This document shows, in pieces, positions 36,840 through 51,309 of a stretch of DNA of 64,000 bases (the stretch's first letter is position 1; each line of letters starts with the position of its first letter). The stretch is from the human T2T-CHM13v2.0 reference genome, Homo sapiens, in NCBI RefSeq assembly GCF_009914755.1, contig NC_060934.1. One strand, written 5' to 3'. Made by a program: the position numbers and the translations under genes. A model generated the notes under the pieces. That model was not told the DNA's origin. It did not search any database and saw only the letters and a program-made list of their open reading frames with translations.

Positions 36840-37660
36840 GAAAATCATTTTTAATTTTGGGATACTTTCCACATTCACATTCACTACTTCCATGTCCTCC
36901 CCACCCAGTTTTCCCTATTGTTAACATCTTATTACCATGAAACATTTGTCAAAGCTAAGAAATTGACATTGTTGCATTACTATTGACTAAACATCAGACT
37001 TTATTTTAATTTCATCATATTTATCTGCTAACCCAGAATTCAATCCAGGGTACCACATTACATATAGTTATCTTATCTCCTTAGTCTTCTCTGGTTTGTG
37101 ACAATTTCTCAGATATTCCTTGTTTTTTGTGACTTTGACAGCTTTGAGTATGGTCAGATATTTTGTAAAATACCCCTCAATTTGGTTTGCCTCATGCTTT
37201 TTTCATGATTATCCTTGGGTTATGGGTCTTTGGAAGGACAACCACAGAAGTGATATGCCCTTCTTTCCACATGATATCAGGGGATACACGATGTCCATAT
37301 AATGTCATCACTGCTGATGTTAACCCTTATCATGGAGTTAAGGTGGTGTCTGTCAGATTCCTCTATGGTAAAGTTACTGTTTCTGCCTTTCCACACTTGA
37401 TACTTTGGAATCAAGTCACTAAGTCCATACCACCCTCAAGGGGTGTGAGCAATTAAGCTCCAATGTCTGGAAGGGGATTATCTACATATATAATTTAAAA
37501 TTCTTCTCTAAGGAAGTTTTGTCTCTTCTTCTGTATTTATTTCTTCAATCTTATTTATGTCGGTAGAGATTCATTCATATTTATTTTGTAATTTGGGCTA
37601 TCATCCATTAAGCCCATTAAGTTACTTATCTTTTTGTTCAAATGGTTCCAGCTTTTTTCT
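36840..37660 (-). mobile_element. Old L1 (L1MC-like) 3' UTR
   Basis: cccacccagttttccctattgttaacatctt...catttgtcaaagctaagaaattgacattg. Confidence 0.65.
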
Positions 37661-39899
37661 CATAGTATTTAACTGATCTCATATGCGCTTTCCCTGTAAC
37701 TCTCTTGATCTCCTTTTTTCTGCTCACAATTTTGTTTTAATACAATTCCACTATAACCCTTTCTAACATTTTTGGTGTGTGTATTACTCAGAAAGTATTA
37801 GGTTATGTTACAGTAACAAAAACTCTCAAGTCTAACTGGCCTAAAATTGCAAATGCTTATTTCTCACTTGTGCTATGAGTACCCTGAGTGTTGGCCCGAG
37901 ACTCTCTATACCTTATTCTCACTCAGCGACACTGGCTCATGGTGCAGCCACTATCTAGAACATTGAGTGTTGCCACACAGAGCTGAAAAAGAGAGATTAG
38001 CAGACTGCTGTCAAGCTTCTGCACATCTCTCCCTGGCCTCACCAAGATCAAAAGTAGCAGGAAGCTTCATCATGCCACTACCTATAGGAATAAAGGCCTG
38101 GAAATATTTGACAAACAATACTAATGGCCAGCACATTGTATATTCTGTTAGTTTTTCTTTCCTAGGCAAATATACACAGATTTAATTCTTGTTCTTGTAA
38201 GCATACTGTTTTCTATTCTCCTTTTAAAATCTTGATATAGCAAGAACCTGGTGCCCATCAATAGGTCCTTTTTGATACCAGGGCTGCTGTGAATGATTAG
38301 GTAGGTTGTATGGAAGGGCATCTGGCCAGAATAGAAAAAGGAGACTGAAATCCAGACTTTGCCCCACTATTCAAGTCATCCATCTAGGGTCAGGATGGTG
38401 TCCACCCAAAGAGGATGCCGAGGTGCTGCAAGACTGGGGGCAGCCGTTGGTGAGAGCTTGATTTGTGCTGACTGCATAGCATTCTATCACAGGATGGACC
38501 CTCCTCCATATGTGGATGCTTAAATTGTTTCATTTTGTGCTGCTATCAACAGGGATGGTGAAAAATGTCCACTATTTGTGCAAATATCTTATGATTTCCT
38601 TGGGATAAATTAATGGCAGTAAGAAAGGTGAGTCTAAGGATGAAATGGTAATCACATGTCCGTTCATGGCCAATACAGTGCAGGTGAGGACTCGGCGTCC
38701 CTCCCCTCTGAGTTTAGTCCCAGGCCTGACATGTAGTGCGTGGCTGAAGTGGCCAGGACCCGTAACTGTCATCGTGGCATCAAGTTGCTGAGCAGGATCT
38801 GATCTGCTGCCTTCAGATATCAGCCTTTCTCATTTTTGTGAGGCCACACAACTGTGATTACAGGACTAATGATGCTTTAAACAAACAAGTGTAATGACTG
38901 TCATCAGTGGTTAGCGGGTGTTTCCTGCGGGACAGCTTGGTCAGTAGTGTCACCAGCAGCTGGCCAGCCCTAGGGTGCCCCAGGCAAAGGTGGGTACCAC
39001 CAAGCTTTGGTGAGCCCACTTAGAAGTGACCCTCCATGGAGATGTGCCCAATTTCCCATTCCAAGTTCTGACTTGTCTCCTGCAGCCAAGGCCCTGAGGA
39101 GGCACTGGGAGAGCAGGGCCTAGACCCGCTTTGCCTCCCAAATCTCCAAACAGCTCTTAGAGGCCCTTTGTTCTACTCCAAAGGTTCTCAAACTCTTTAA
39201 TGTGCTGGCAGTTGCTAAGCAAATGCTATTTAGTTCCAATAAGCAATGCAGCACTCAGCTCTGAATCTGTCCCTGCTTGATGTGCTACATTCACTGCTGT
39301 CTAGGCAGATGGGCCTCTGCCCTTGACCTGACCCAAATCTCCTTCCTCCTGTCTCCACATCCCTGAGTATGACAACTTTCCAGGGCACAAAGGGCTCAAA
39401 GGCCAGTGGGAAGGTGGAGATACACCGGGTGGAAATACATGAGAGAAAGACGCCCATAGTGACAGAGTCCAAAGACTGATCTTCCTACTCTGCCACTTCC
39501 TGTATTGACAGTCACTTATCCTCACTTGGCCTCGATATCTTCTCCTGTAAAATGATAGTAATCATATAAATTTGTCAGGAGGATAAATTTTAAATGTGCA
39601 CATGCATAACTTCTTTGTCAGTCATAAAGTGCCCTGTGCCTGTTAGTTAATTGAAAGTAATGTTGAGAGAACAGACCAAGGGATGATACATATTTGGGTT
39701 ATCAATACTCTTAGATAATCCACTGATGTGCTCTGGGTCTGTTCCCTGTTCCATTCTCCCAAGCATTCACCACTCTGTTCAAGATGCTGCTCAGCTCTCA
39801 GGAGAAGCAGTCATTTTGCCTCCTACTCCACTCTAGAAACGGAAGCCATGAGGTGTGAACCATCTCACTCTCCGTGCACCAGCTACAGCCTCATCCCCA

Positions 39900-41130
39900 T
39901 CTGCAGCCATCTTCAAGCCCTCCCTACAAGCTCCTGGCCTGAACAGCCTCTCCCGTCCTCATCACTCAACTCAGCCGCTTCATGGGCTGTGTGTCCCATC
40001 CTTATTTTCTTCCCCTGTAGAACCTGAACCCTCAGTTCCTTTCTGTTTCGTTTGCTTTTTGACCTTCTCTTGTCCACTGCCAAGCTCCCCTCAGCCTCTA
40101 ATATACTGTATGCTCTGTCTTCATGTCCTTATCTCCAAATCTCTAATTGACCCATTGTTGTTTAATCACTCGTCTGAAATGATTCTTGCAGAAATTACCG
40201 AAGACCAATTTCTACAGCCAAACCCAGTGAATATTTTCAGACCTCATCTCACCGGGCTTCTCTGATGCATTTACCATGTTTAAACCACCCTTGGTTTTCA
40301 TGATTTTCCCCAAGCTGCTCTAACCCTTCTCCTCCTGGCCTAAATTTTGCTGGTATTCTCCAGTTTTCTGACCTTGTCTGTCCTTACTCTCCTTGAGGGA
40401 TCTTATTATCTCTCAGGAGTCTCTGTCGCCTGGTTGCTAATGACTCACAAGTCCACATGGCTGTGGACCCCTCTCCTGAGCTTTCTTCTAGAGATATCCC
40501 GCTGTGCCACTGACACTTCAAATTCAAAATGTCTTCATGTCACACAAACTTGCTCTTATTTTTGTGATCTCTTAACTTTTCTTAGTTTGTCTAATTTAAT
40601 CCATTCAATTAAGCAAACCAGAAATTTGGCAGTAATTCTTGCCCTCTAATGCAATCAACAATTCCTACCAACTTACTCTCCAGATGGTTCTTGAGTGGGA
40701 TTCTTCCACAATACTGAGTCCACCATGTGAACTCTCACCTGGGCTGTCATAACACTGTCCTAAGAGAGTGCCTTGCTTCCAGGCTTGCATTCATTAAATC
40801 AATTCTCCAAATTACAGTTGGTATAAGGTATCAAAAATATTAAATCAAAAAATGCTAAAATTAGAAAATGGAACCACATCAGGCTTCTGTTGGAAAGCTC
40901 TCATTAAAGATTCAGCTAAAGCAACATCTCAACCTTCTGAACACTGGGTCATACCAGTCCCCTCTTCTGTAAGCCTCTCTCACTGTACCTGTGTCACTGT
41001 GTCATCTCTGCCCCAGCATTGACTGTGTTAGCTCATAGCTATCTGTCTGTTCGTTAGGCTCTACAAAGCCAGGTGTGGGGTTTATCTTCGTAATCTAGTG
41101 CCTGGAAAATAGTAAGTGATCAATGAATGT
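39900..41130 (+). mobile_element. Degraded L2 LINE
   Basis: pyrimidine-rich L2-like body ending tagtgcctggaaaatagtaagtgatcaatgaatgtttg; approximate. Confidence 0.55.
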
Positions 41131-41319
41131 TTGCAGAACTTAACAACAGGGAGTAACTTTGAACCCTGGAATGGAGATTCTGAGCCAGAGTATAACCAAT
41201 TCTGGACTGCAGCTATTGTAGAAAAGGTATTTCTTTGAAGTATGAAGATGTTTATAACCAAACTCATAGAGCATTTTCTTTAAGTGCTAATTTTAATTTT
41301 TAGGAGACAGTCTAAGTCA

Positions 41320-41613
41320 TTTTTTTTTTTTTTTGACAAGGTCTGGCTCTATTGCCCAGGCTGGAGTACAGTGGTGCGATCTCAGCTCACTGCAACTCTA
41401 CCTCCGGGGTTCAAGCCACCCTCCTACCTAAGTCTCCTGAGTAGCTGGGACTACAGGTGTACACCACCATGCCCAGCTAATTTTTGTATTTTTTGTAGAG
41501 ATGGGGTTTTGCCTTGTTGCCCAGGCTGGTCTCAAACTCGTGAGCTCCAGCGATCCGCCCACCTCGGCCTCCCAAAGTGCTGGGATTACAGGCATGAGCC
41601 ACTGCACCCAGCC
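41320..41613 (-). mobile_element. AluJb-like
   Basis: full dimer; ctaagtc...tttt TSD on both sides. Confidence 0.92.
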
Positions 41614-42379
41614 CTAAGTCTTTTTTTTTCAACTGATCTTATTAATGACTTCAATATTTTACACCCCAACAGTCTCACTAGGCGATCCCTTGCAGTTTAC
41701 AAAATATTTTCATTCTACTGTCTCATCCTAGCTTCATAACATCTCAGCACAATAGACAAGAGAGGTCCTAGTAACCTCATTTTATAGATGATAAGTAAAG
41801 TTTCAGAAAGATTGAGTGATCTCTCCTGTAATGTGACTACTAAGAACCAAAAACTAAGGTGTCTGGATTTCTGCGCTTTCTGCTTCCCACACTGTTATTC
41901 TGTAGTGCTCAGAACATGAAGGTCTTTTCCTATTATCACACTGAAGTTGGGCTGACTGAACCTCCCTACTTTGGGCCCACTTAACCCATGGGTGTCATCA
42001 TGACAAGGCCTATCCCTCTGCTGCAAGATACCCCATTTATCTGAAGGCAGCTGCTTTGCATCCAAGGTCCCCTAAGAGTTCTGTATTTGTGCTGCATATC
42101 TCCAAAGTACCATAATAGAAAAAAGTCTGGGCTTTTGCCTTAGATGTAGAATTAGTCAAATTTTTCAGCATTTTATGTCACTTGTAATGCTCATAATGAT
42201 TGTTTTACTTTTAAATATGTATAAACAATGTAACAGCAATATTGAAAAAAATTGCAAACAAAAAAAATGAAAGAAAAGAAAAAGAATGAAATCACCCTAT
42301 TCCCTTTATTCCAAAACAGTAACTGGGTTTTTAAAATGATATTGTTTTTATATTTTTTAGTGTTTGCCAATAAACACTT

Positions 42380-42705
42380 TTTAATTTTATTGGAGGATAA
42401 TATACATAGGGAAAAAGTGGATCATAAATATACAGATTTAAGAATTTTAATAAAGTGAACATGTAATCACCATTAATGATACCCCAGTAGCATCCCTGAC
42501 TCCATGCCTCCTTCCAGTCTCTATCACCTTCTTCCCCCAAAGTAGTCCCTCTTTTAGTATCTAATATCATAAATTAGTTTTCCATATATTAAATTTTATA
42601 TAAATGAAATAACATAGTATATACTCTTTGGTCTGGCTTATTTCACTGCAAATTATGTTTGTAAGATTTATCTGTAGTAGTGGTTCATTTGTTTTCACAG
42701 TGGTA
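42380..42705 (-). mobile_element. Old L1M 3' end (resumes after the Charlie1 insertion)
   Basis: aattagttttccatatattaaattttatataaatgaaataacatagtatatactctttgg. Confidence 0.65.
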
Positions 42706-42924
42706 GGGCAACAGTTCTCAAACTTTTTGGTCTCAAGACCTGTTCACTTTCTTAAAAATCATTAAGGACTCCAAAGAGCTTTGGCTTATGTATATTTTAT
42801 CTATTCATAGTTACTATATTATAAATTAAAACAATTTTTAAAATGATGCATGTGCTAATTTATTTTAAAATAATAATAGAAATAATAGACCCATTATGTA
42901 TAAACATAACATTTTGAATGAGTA

Positions 42925-43246
42925 CAGTAGTCCCCTCTTACTCACAGTTTTGCTTTCTGCAGTTTGAGTTATCCATGGTTAACCATGGTCCAAAAATATT
43001 AAGTAGAAAAATCTCAGAAATAACTTATAAGTTTTATAACTTTTGTTACAGTATATTACTATAATTACTCCATTCATTATTAATTATTGTTGTTAATCTC
43101 TTTCTGTGCCTAATTTATAGATTAAACTTTATCATAGGTATGTATGTATAGAAAAACAGTATATATAGGGTTCAGTACTATCTGTGGTTTCAGGCATTCT
43201 TGGAATATCTTGGAACGTGTCCCCTGAAGGTAAGGAGAGACTATTG
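42925..43246. mobile_element. MER44A-like (Tigger) MITE nested in Charlie1
   Basis: TIRs cagtagtcccctctta / taaggagagactattg with TA duplications. Confidence 0.8.
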
Positions 43247-43671
43247 TAACTATATTTTTAAAACAAAAAATGTAAGAAAAGTGGTATTGTTTTATGTTTT
43301 TGAAAATATTTTTAATATCGGTAGGACTTAGTGGAAAATTGCTGAGTTCTTATATCTGTTTCTTTGTTCAATCTGTTGTAGTATGTTTTGAAATAGATGA
43401 AGAATATCTGACTTCCCACAGATATGCAGTTAGAAAAGGAAGTAGTATTTTAAAAGTCTTTTTTGCGAGATAGCCACTATATTTTAATACAACAGAATAT
43501 GAAAAGTTGATTGATATTGTTTCAGATTCCACATCTCAACTTACCTAACCAGATACTACCTGTCAGATTGATAAGAGTATTCAAGAAAAATATCCAGTTA
43601 TCTGAAGAGACTATTAAAATACTCCTCTCTTTTTCAACTACATGTCTATGTGAGGCTCAGTTTTCTTCTGA

Positions 43672-43778
43672 TTCTTTTTTTCTTCTTCTTTTAATTATAC
43701 TTTAAGTTCTGGAGTTCTGGTGTACATGTGCAGTAAGTGCAGGTTTGTTACATAGGTATACACGTGCCATGGTGGTTT
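43672..43778 (-). mobile_element. Very short L1PA 3' terminus
   Basis: T-rich tail + attatactttaagttctgg...acatgtgcag...gtttgttacataggtatacacgtgccatggtggttt. Confidence 0.85.
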
Positions 43779-44999
43779 AAGGAAATTATATTCTTCTTTG
43801 ATACTATACCAAAACTCAACAAGTAGTAACTTCTTAAAGGACACTTGAACTCTATCAGTAACATTTTTGTACTCTGTTACGTTAAAATGTGTTGATCTAT
43901 CTTGCACTTTGAGTGACTATTTTAAGCCATACATTATTTTGTAACATGCATTAGAACATACAGATAGCATATATGGGAAATATTGGTTCCCTGAGTTATG
44001 GAGTTCTCCCAATTGTTGACACATTTTATTATGCAATATAGAAAAATTATGCTGAAGTTAACACCACTCTTACCAGAAAAACTCTTAGCTACTGGGACAC
44101 TGTCAAGCTCACAGAGGCACACAGATACAAATTTTCCAAAATTCTAGTATTTGCTTGATTTTTCTAAAATTTGCTCAAATTTTATCTTTGGCAGCAAATA
44201 CTGTCAGTTGTTTCATTTGAGATGACAGGTTTACTTTGCTCACTTTCAAGAAAATAGCTGCCAAATACTCATGCCAATAACTGTAATTTTGTCTGCCAGT
44301 CATTTGTTCAGATAAAAATGATGTTCTCTGAGAGAAGCAGCTAGTTTGGCTCACAGAACTAACAGTTATGCACATGCTTTTCCTTGAGACAACCATCACA
44401 TTTTTTTTTTGGTATTCAGAAATGCTTTATGCAGACTTCCCATTTTATCACACAAACTATTAAAAAAAGTGTATTCAGGGTTGAGATTTAATAAAATTAA
44501 TAATTTGTACTGCTTCATCAAAGATATTCTTAAGTGAAAATAGCTTTTTTTTTCCTCCTATAAGCTCTTGGTGGTGGGGAATACACATGATGATTTTTAT
44601 ACAGTTGGTGCCAATGTCTTGATTTGTGCCAAGGCATTAGTTTTGTTTACTATTGCTTTTTGGGGCCTTCAATGCAATTTCAACACGGGAAAAAAAAGGC
44701 AAAAATGTCATAGTATTTTGAAGGTAGTTTTAATTTCACATGGCCTCTGGAAAGGTCTCAGGAATCCCTAGAAATTTATTGACCACATTTTGAGAATCAT
44801 TAGTATGTTCAATATATAAATATAAGTTATTTAGCCAGTCTATTATTAAAAGGCATTAATATTAAAGTCTCTATATCCATCTAGATGGGTGACCTGGGTG
44901 GAACAAAGTGTACTAAGGTCTTTATATCTTCTTTAGTAAAATGTTTATTCACATCTTTTGTACATTTTCTGATGATATTTTTTGTTTTTTACTTGTTGA

Positions 45000-45298
45000 T
45001 TTTTTTTTCTTTTTTTGATGGAGTTTTGCTCTTGTTGCCCAGGCTGGAGTGCAACGGTGCAGTCTCGGCTCACTGCAACCTCCACTGCCAGGTACAAGCG
45101 ATTCTCCTGCCTCAGCCTCCCGAGTAGCTGGGATTACTGGCACCTGCCACCATGCCTGGCTAATTGTTTTGTATTTTCAGTAGAGACAAGGTTTCACCAC
45201 ATTGGCCAGGTTCGTCTTGAACTCTTGACCTCAGGTGATCCACCTGCCTCAGCCTCCCAAAGTGCTGAGATTACAGATGTGAGCCACCACGCCCAGCC
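45000..45298 (-). mobile_element. AluS (Sq-like) nested in L1
   Basis: full dimer; TSD tacttgttga at 44990-44999 and 45299-45308. Confidence 0.93.
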
Positions 45299-47479
45299 TA
45301 CTTGTTGAATTTTAAGAGTTCTTCATATATTTTAGATGTTAATCCTTTGATGGATATGTGTCTTACAAATATTTTCTCTCAGAGTGTAGATTGTCATAGC
45401 GTTGTTCTCATGGTTTTGCAGAGCAAAATTTTAATGTTGATGTCCAGTTCATTAATTTTTCTTTTTACAAATGGCAGTCTTAATATAAAATCTAAGAACT
45501 CTTTGCTTATCCCTAGATATGAAAGATTTTTTCCTAAAATATGTATAGTTTTATGTTTTACATTAAAGTCTGTGGTCCATTTTGAATTAAATTTTGTATA
45601 AGGTACGAGACTTAGGTTCATTTTTTGGGCAATGGACATCCAATTGCTCCAACACCATTTGCTGAAAAGCTATCTGTTGAATAGCTTTTGCAACTTTGTC
45701 AAAAATTAGTTGGGCATTCATGTGTGGATTATTTCTGGATTCTCTCTTCTGTTCCACTGATCTATATGTCTATTCCTCTCTCAGTACCGCACATTCTCAA
45801 TTACTGTAACTATGAGTATACTAAGTCTTGAAATCCGGTGGAATGATTCCTCTCATTTTACTCTTAGTTTTCAAAGTTGTTTTAACTCTCCTAGTCCCTT
45901 TTCCAATTGACACCAGTTTTGGAAACTCGTCTGTATCTAGAAAAAGCCTTGCTGGTATTTTAATAAGAATTTTATTAAACATGCTTAGCAATTTGAGAAG
46001 AAATGACATATTTGTAGGTTGAGTCTTCCAATTCATGAACATGATATGTTTTTCCTTTTATTCAGATCATCTTTTATTTCTTTCATCTGCATTTCATAGT
46101 TTTCAACATATGCATCCTATATGTGTTTTATTAGATTTACACTTAAGTTTTTCATTATTTTCAAGAAATTGACAATGATATTGTTTTTATTTCAGCATCC
46201 ATGTGTTCATTGCTAATATTTTGAAATACAGTTATTATGTGTGTGTTGATCTTATATCCTGTGACCGCATTTTTTTTGTAAATACCTTGAGTATTTACCT
46301 TATTGAATTTTGTTTTGTTTTGCTTTGTTGTAAATACCTTAGGAATTCAACAGAATCAGGGTATCTACAAATAGGGACAATTTTATTTATTTCTTTTCAA
46401 TCTGTATGGCTTTTACTTTTTTTCTTGCCTTATTGCACTGAATAGAACTTCTAGCACTATATTTAATAAAAGCAGTGAAAGTAGACCTCTTTACTTTATT
46501 CCAATTTTAAAGCGAAAGTATTCATTATTTATCACTAAATAAGATGTTAGCTGTAGAGTTTTCGTAGATGCCCTTTATCAAGTTAAAAACATTTATACCT
46601 ATTCCTAGTTTGCTGAGAGTTTTATCATAAATAGGTGTTAAATTTTATTGAATGTTATCCTGTATCACTTGATATGACCATGCGATTTTCTTCTTTAACC
46701 TGCTAAAATGGTGAGTTAGATTGATTGATTACTTTTTGGATATTTGTCAGATTTGCATTCCTGGAATAAATCCCACTTGGCCATTGTATATTAGTGTTTT
46801 GGGGTGTTCTTGAATTCTGTTTGTTAATATAAGAAATTTTGCAGCTATTCGTGAACAAATAGTTTTCTCTTTTTTCGTACTGTTTGTCTAGTTTTGTTAT
46901 CAGGCTATTGTTAGCCTCATAAAACTAATTGGAAAATATCATCTCCTACTCTATTTTCTAGATTATATTTTGTAAATTTGATTTTAATTCTTTTTAAATT
47001 TTTAATAAAACCTTCAAGTAAAAATATGTGGATATGGCAATTTATTTTTGGAGACTTTAAAAATTAGGAATTCAGTTTTTACAGCAGCTATAAGGCTATG
47101 CCAATGATCTATCGTATTGGATGAGTCGTGGTAGTTTGTGTTTGGCAAAGAATTTATCCATTTCATCTAAATTGTCACATTGATGTGTGTACAGTTCCTG
47201 GTATTACCTTACTTTTTATGCCTGCCAGGTCAGTAGAAATAGCCCCTGTTTCATTTTTGAGAATTGCAGTTTGTGTCATTTCCTTTTTCATCTATGTTAG
47301 TGTTTCTAAAGGTTTGTAAATTCTATCTCTTCAAAGTACAGGTTTTTGTTTCAATCATTTTTCTGCTTTTCTGTTTTTAATTTCATTGATTTCTGCTCTT
47401 TATTATGACCTTCCTTCTGCTTATTTTTCACTTTTTTCTAGTTCCTTGAGTAGGAATTTAGATTATTTATTTGAGAATT

Positions 47480-47834
47480 TGTCTTATCAGCTCAGGCTGC
47501 TATTACAAGTTACTACCCACAGGCTGGCTTATTTCTGACAGTTCTACAGGCTGGGAAGTCCGAGAGCTAGGTGCCGGCTAATTGTCTCCCTGGTGAAGGC
47601 TCCCCTCCTGGCTTACTGAAGGCTGCCTTCTTGCTGTATCCTCACATGGTGGAGAGAGAAAGCTCTGGTGTCTTTTCCTTTTCTTATGAGGACACTAATA
47701 CCATAATGGGGGTCTACCCCATGGCAGCATCAAACCTAATCACTTCCCAAATGTCCCACCTCTTAATACCATTATGTTGGGAGTTAGGATTTTAACATAT
47801 GAATTTGGGGGAACACAAACATTCAGTTTATAAT
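47480..47834 (-). mobile_element. MLT1A-like solo LTR nested in L1
   Basis: gctcaggctgctattaca...ggctgggaagtccgag...gaatttgggggaacacaaacattcag. Confidence 0.8.
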
Positions 47835-49553
47835 ATAATTTTACTCTTTTGTAATTATGCATTTTTGCCACGTATTGTCCTCTCAATAGTGATTTAGCTA
47901 CATAAAACAAATTTTGATATTTTCTATTTTCAATTTCATTAAATTTAATGTATTTTTTAAAAAATTTATTTTGAGACTTCTTTTTTGACACAGATTAAAG
48001 TCTATTGTTAGTTCCTAAGAGTTTGAGGATTTCTTGTTATCCTTTTGTTACTAATTTCTAGTTTGATTCAATTATGTATCGAGGACACATTCTGCATGTT
48101 TTTGTTTATTTTAATTTTTTGGATTTTTTTTTATAGCCCAAGATGTTTTGTGTATGTTTTGAGAGCAATTGAAAAGAATGTGTGTTGTCTTGTTGGGTGA
48201 AGTTGGCTACCAATGTGGGTTACTTGAACATTTTTTTGGAATTAAATTTTCATTTATTTATTGTGTTTTGAGTGTATCTCTCTGTGTAGGTTTTTTAGTT
48301 GTTGCTCTAGGTATTACTCTCCATTTATAATGTAATAGTTTTAAATATTTTCTCTACACTCGTTTAAAATCACACAGTGTTATAAAATCAGACAGTGTTA
48401 TAATTTTTGTTTTAACCATCACTAATAATTTAGAAGTCTCAAGAGGAAAAGGATGTATACTGTATCTACCCATATTTATGTTGCTTACTATATTCCTTTT
48501 TTCTTCCTGGTATTTCAAGATTCCTTCTTTTATCATTTACCTTCTGTTTAAAGAGCTTCCTTTAACTATTCTTATAGGGTAGCTTTGGTGGTGACAAATT
48601 CTCTTAATTTTACTTTATCTTAGAATGTGTTAATTTACCCTTTAATCCAAAGGGATATTTTTGCTGGATATAGGATACTGTGTTGACAGTTCTTTATTTT
48701 CAGCACTTGAGAAATACTGTGCCACTTCCTTTTGGACTCCATGGCTTCTGATGAAAAAAATCACTGTTAATTAAATACTTTCCCCTCTAGGTAAGGTGTT
48801 GTTTCTCTCTTCCTGTGTTTAGGATTTTTTTCTTTGTGTTAGTTTTCAGAAGTCTGACTATAATGTGTCTTGACATGGATTTCTATGGGTCTGTCTTGTT
48901 TGGAATTTGCTTAGCTTCTGAAGCCTGTAGGTTTATATCTTTTGCTATTTGGGGGATTTTTTCAGCCATTTTTTTTTAGTAAGTTTTAGGCACCAGCCAC
49001 TTTATCCATTCTTTTTGGGATTCTGATGACACAAAGATTAAATCTTTTGTTATAGTCCTATAGGTAGCTAAGACTTTGTTCATTTTTTCCATTCTACTTT
49101 CTCACTGTTGTTCAGAATAGCTACTTGCTATTGTTCTATTGTCCAGTTCACTGACTCTTCCCTTTGTCCCTTGCATTCTGCTGTTTTACACTGGGTTCTT
49201 CTTTATATCTTCTATTTATCTGATAAGGTGTTCTATTTATTAACAGAGGCTCCCTAATTTTTTAAAATTTGTTTCAGAATGTTTTAAATTTGTAGTTGTT
49301 GAAGCATTTTTATGATGGCTGCTTTAAAATCTTTGTCAAATAGTTCTAACACTTCTGTTATCTCACTGTATGCATCTGTTGATTGTCTTCCTTAACTCAG
49401 TTTGAGATTTTCCTGATTCTTGATGTGAGTCTATGTTATGAGACTCTGGATTTTATTTTTCCCTAAATATTTTTTATTAAACAGATTTATTTATATGTAA
49501 TTCATATAACATACAATTCACCTATTTAAAGTAAACAATTAAATGGTTTATAG

Positions 49554-49975
49554 CAGGGATCCCCAACCCCCAGGCCATGGACCCGGTATCTGAGCCCTGC
49601 CTCCTGTCAGATCAGTTGTGGCATTAGACTCTCATAGGAGCACAAAGCCTATTGTGAACTGCACATGCCAGGGATCTAGGTTGTGTTCTCCTTATGAGAA
49701 TCTAATGCCTGATGATCTGTTACTGTCTCCCATCACCCTCAGATGGGACCATATAGTTGCAAAGAAACAGCTCAAGGTTGTTCTATATTATTGTGAGTTG
49801 TATAATTATTTCATTATATATTACAATGTAATAATAATAGAAATAAAGTGCATAATAAATGTAATGTACTTGAATCATCCTGAAACCATCTTCCTCCAAC
49901 CCCTCACCTCTGGTTCATGGAAAAATTGTCTTCCACAAAACCAGTCCCTGCTGCCAAAAAAGTTGAGAACTGCTG
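49554..49975. mobile_element. MER1A-like hAT element
   Basis: cagggatccccaacc ... aagttgagaactgctg with perfect 8-bp TSD gtttatag (49546-49553, 49976-49983). Confidence 0.88.
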
Positions 49976-50922
49976 GTTTATAGTATATTCCCAGATATGT
50001 GCCACCATCACTGTAATCAATTTTATAACATTTTATAACCTCAGAAAGATACTGCATATTCTAGCTATCACTCTTCTATCCCCCATCCCTCTAGTCCTAA
50101 GCAATCACTAATATACTTTCTCTATAAACATTTCATATAAATGGAATCATATAATATTTGGGCTTTTGAAATTAGCTTCTTTCACTTAGGATGTTGCTTT
50201 TAAGGCTCATGCATGTTATAACATGTGTCAATACATCATTCTTTTTTATGACTAAATAATATGCCATCATATAGACAGACCATATTTTGTTTATTTGTTC
50301 ATCAGTTGGTGGACATTTAGGTTGTTTCCAACTTTTGACTATTATGAATAATATTGCTATAAACATTCATGTATAAGTTTCAGTTGGACACAATTTTTAT
50401 CTTGGGTGTATACCTGAGAATGGAATTGCTGAGTCAATGACAACACTTTATTTAATCATTTGAATAACTTTCAGAATGTTTTCCAAAATTCTACACCATT
50501 TTACATTCCCACCAACAGTGTATGAGAGTTTCTATTTATCCATACTCTCAATAAAACTTGTTATTATCTAAAGTTTTGATTCTAACCATCCTACTTGGTT
50601 GGCTGTATCATTGATCTCATTGTGAGTTTTAGTTTGCATTTCTCTGATGACAAATGACACTAAGCACCTTTTCACCTGCTTATTAGCCATTTGAATATCT
50701 TCCTTGAAGAGCAGTCTTTTTGGATCCAGTGTCCATTTTTAAATTGGATTATTTTTCTTTTTATTATTGATCTCTAAGTATTTTTGTATATTCTAGATAT
50801 GAGTCCCTTATCAGACATGTAATTTATAATTTTTTTTTCATTCTGTGGGTCTTTTTTTACTTTCTAATAGTGTCTTTCGAAGCACAAATTTTTACTTTTG
50901 GTGAAGTCCAACTTACCCTTTT

Positions 50923-51309
50923 TGTATTAGTCCGTTTTCATATTGCTATAAAGAACTGCCCAAGACTGGGTAATTTATAAAGAAAAGAGGTTTAATTGAC
51001 TCACAGTTTGGCATGGCTGGGGAGGCCTCAGGAAACTTACAATCATGGCAGAAGGTGGAGAGGAACCAAGGCACCTTCTTCACAAGGTGGTGGGAAGGAG
51101 AAGTGTTGAGCGAAGTGGGGAAGAGCTCCTTATAAACCATCAGATCTCGTTAGAACTCACTCACTATCACAAGAACAGCATGGGGGAAACCACACCATGA
51201 TTTAGTTGCCTCCACCTGGTCTCCCCCTTGACACGTGGAAATGATGGGGATTTGGGGGATTGCAATTCAAGATGAGATTTGAGTGGGCACACAAAGCCTA
51301 ACCATATCA
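50923..51309 (-). mobile_element. THE1 (THE1D-like)/MSTA solo LTR
   Basis: tgtattagtccgttttc...aaccatatca with 5-bp TSD ctttt. Confidence 0.9.

Larger units (their letters stand above)
42708..44801 (-). mobile_element. Charlie1-like hAT DNA transposon (interrupted; strand given by transposase frame)
   Basis: ends cagttctcaaactttttggtctc... and ...accacattttgagaatcatt; minus-strand transposase remnants YLAAIFLKVSKVNLS..KQLTVFAAKDKI and LVEFWYSIKEEY. Confidence 0.8.
44802..49450 (-). mobile_element. Old L1M body (ORF2 region), interrupted by Alu and MLT1
   Basis: ORF2-like peptides LVPYTKFNSKWTTDFNVK (45394-45639) and KIPARLF...GIIPPDFKT (45821-46042). Confidence 0.8.
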
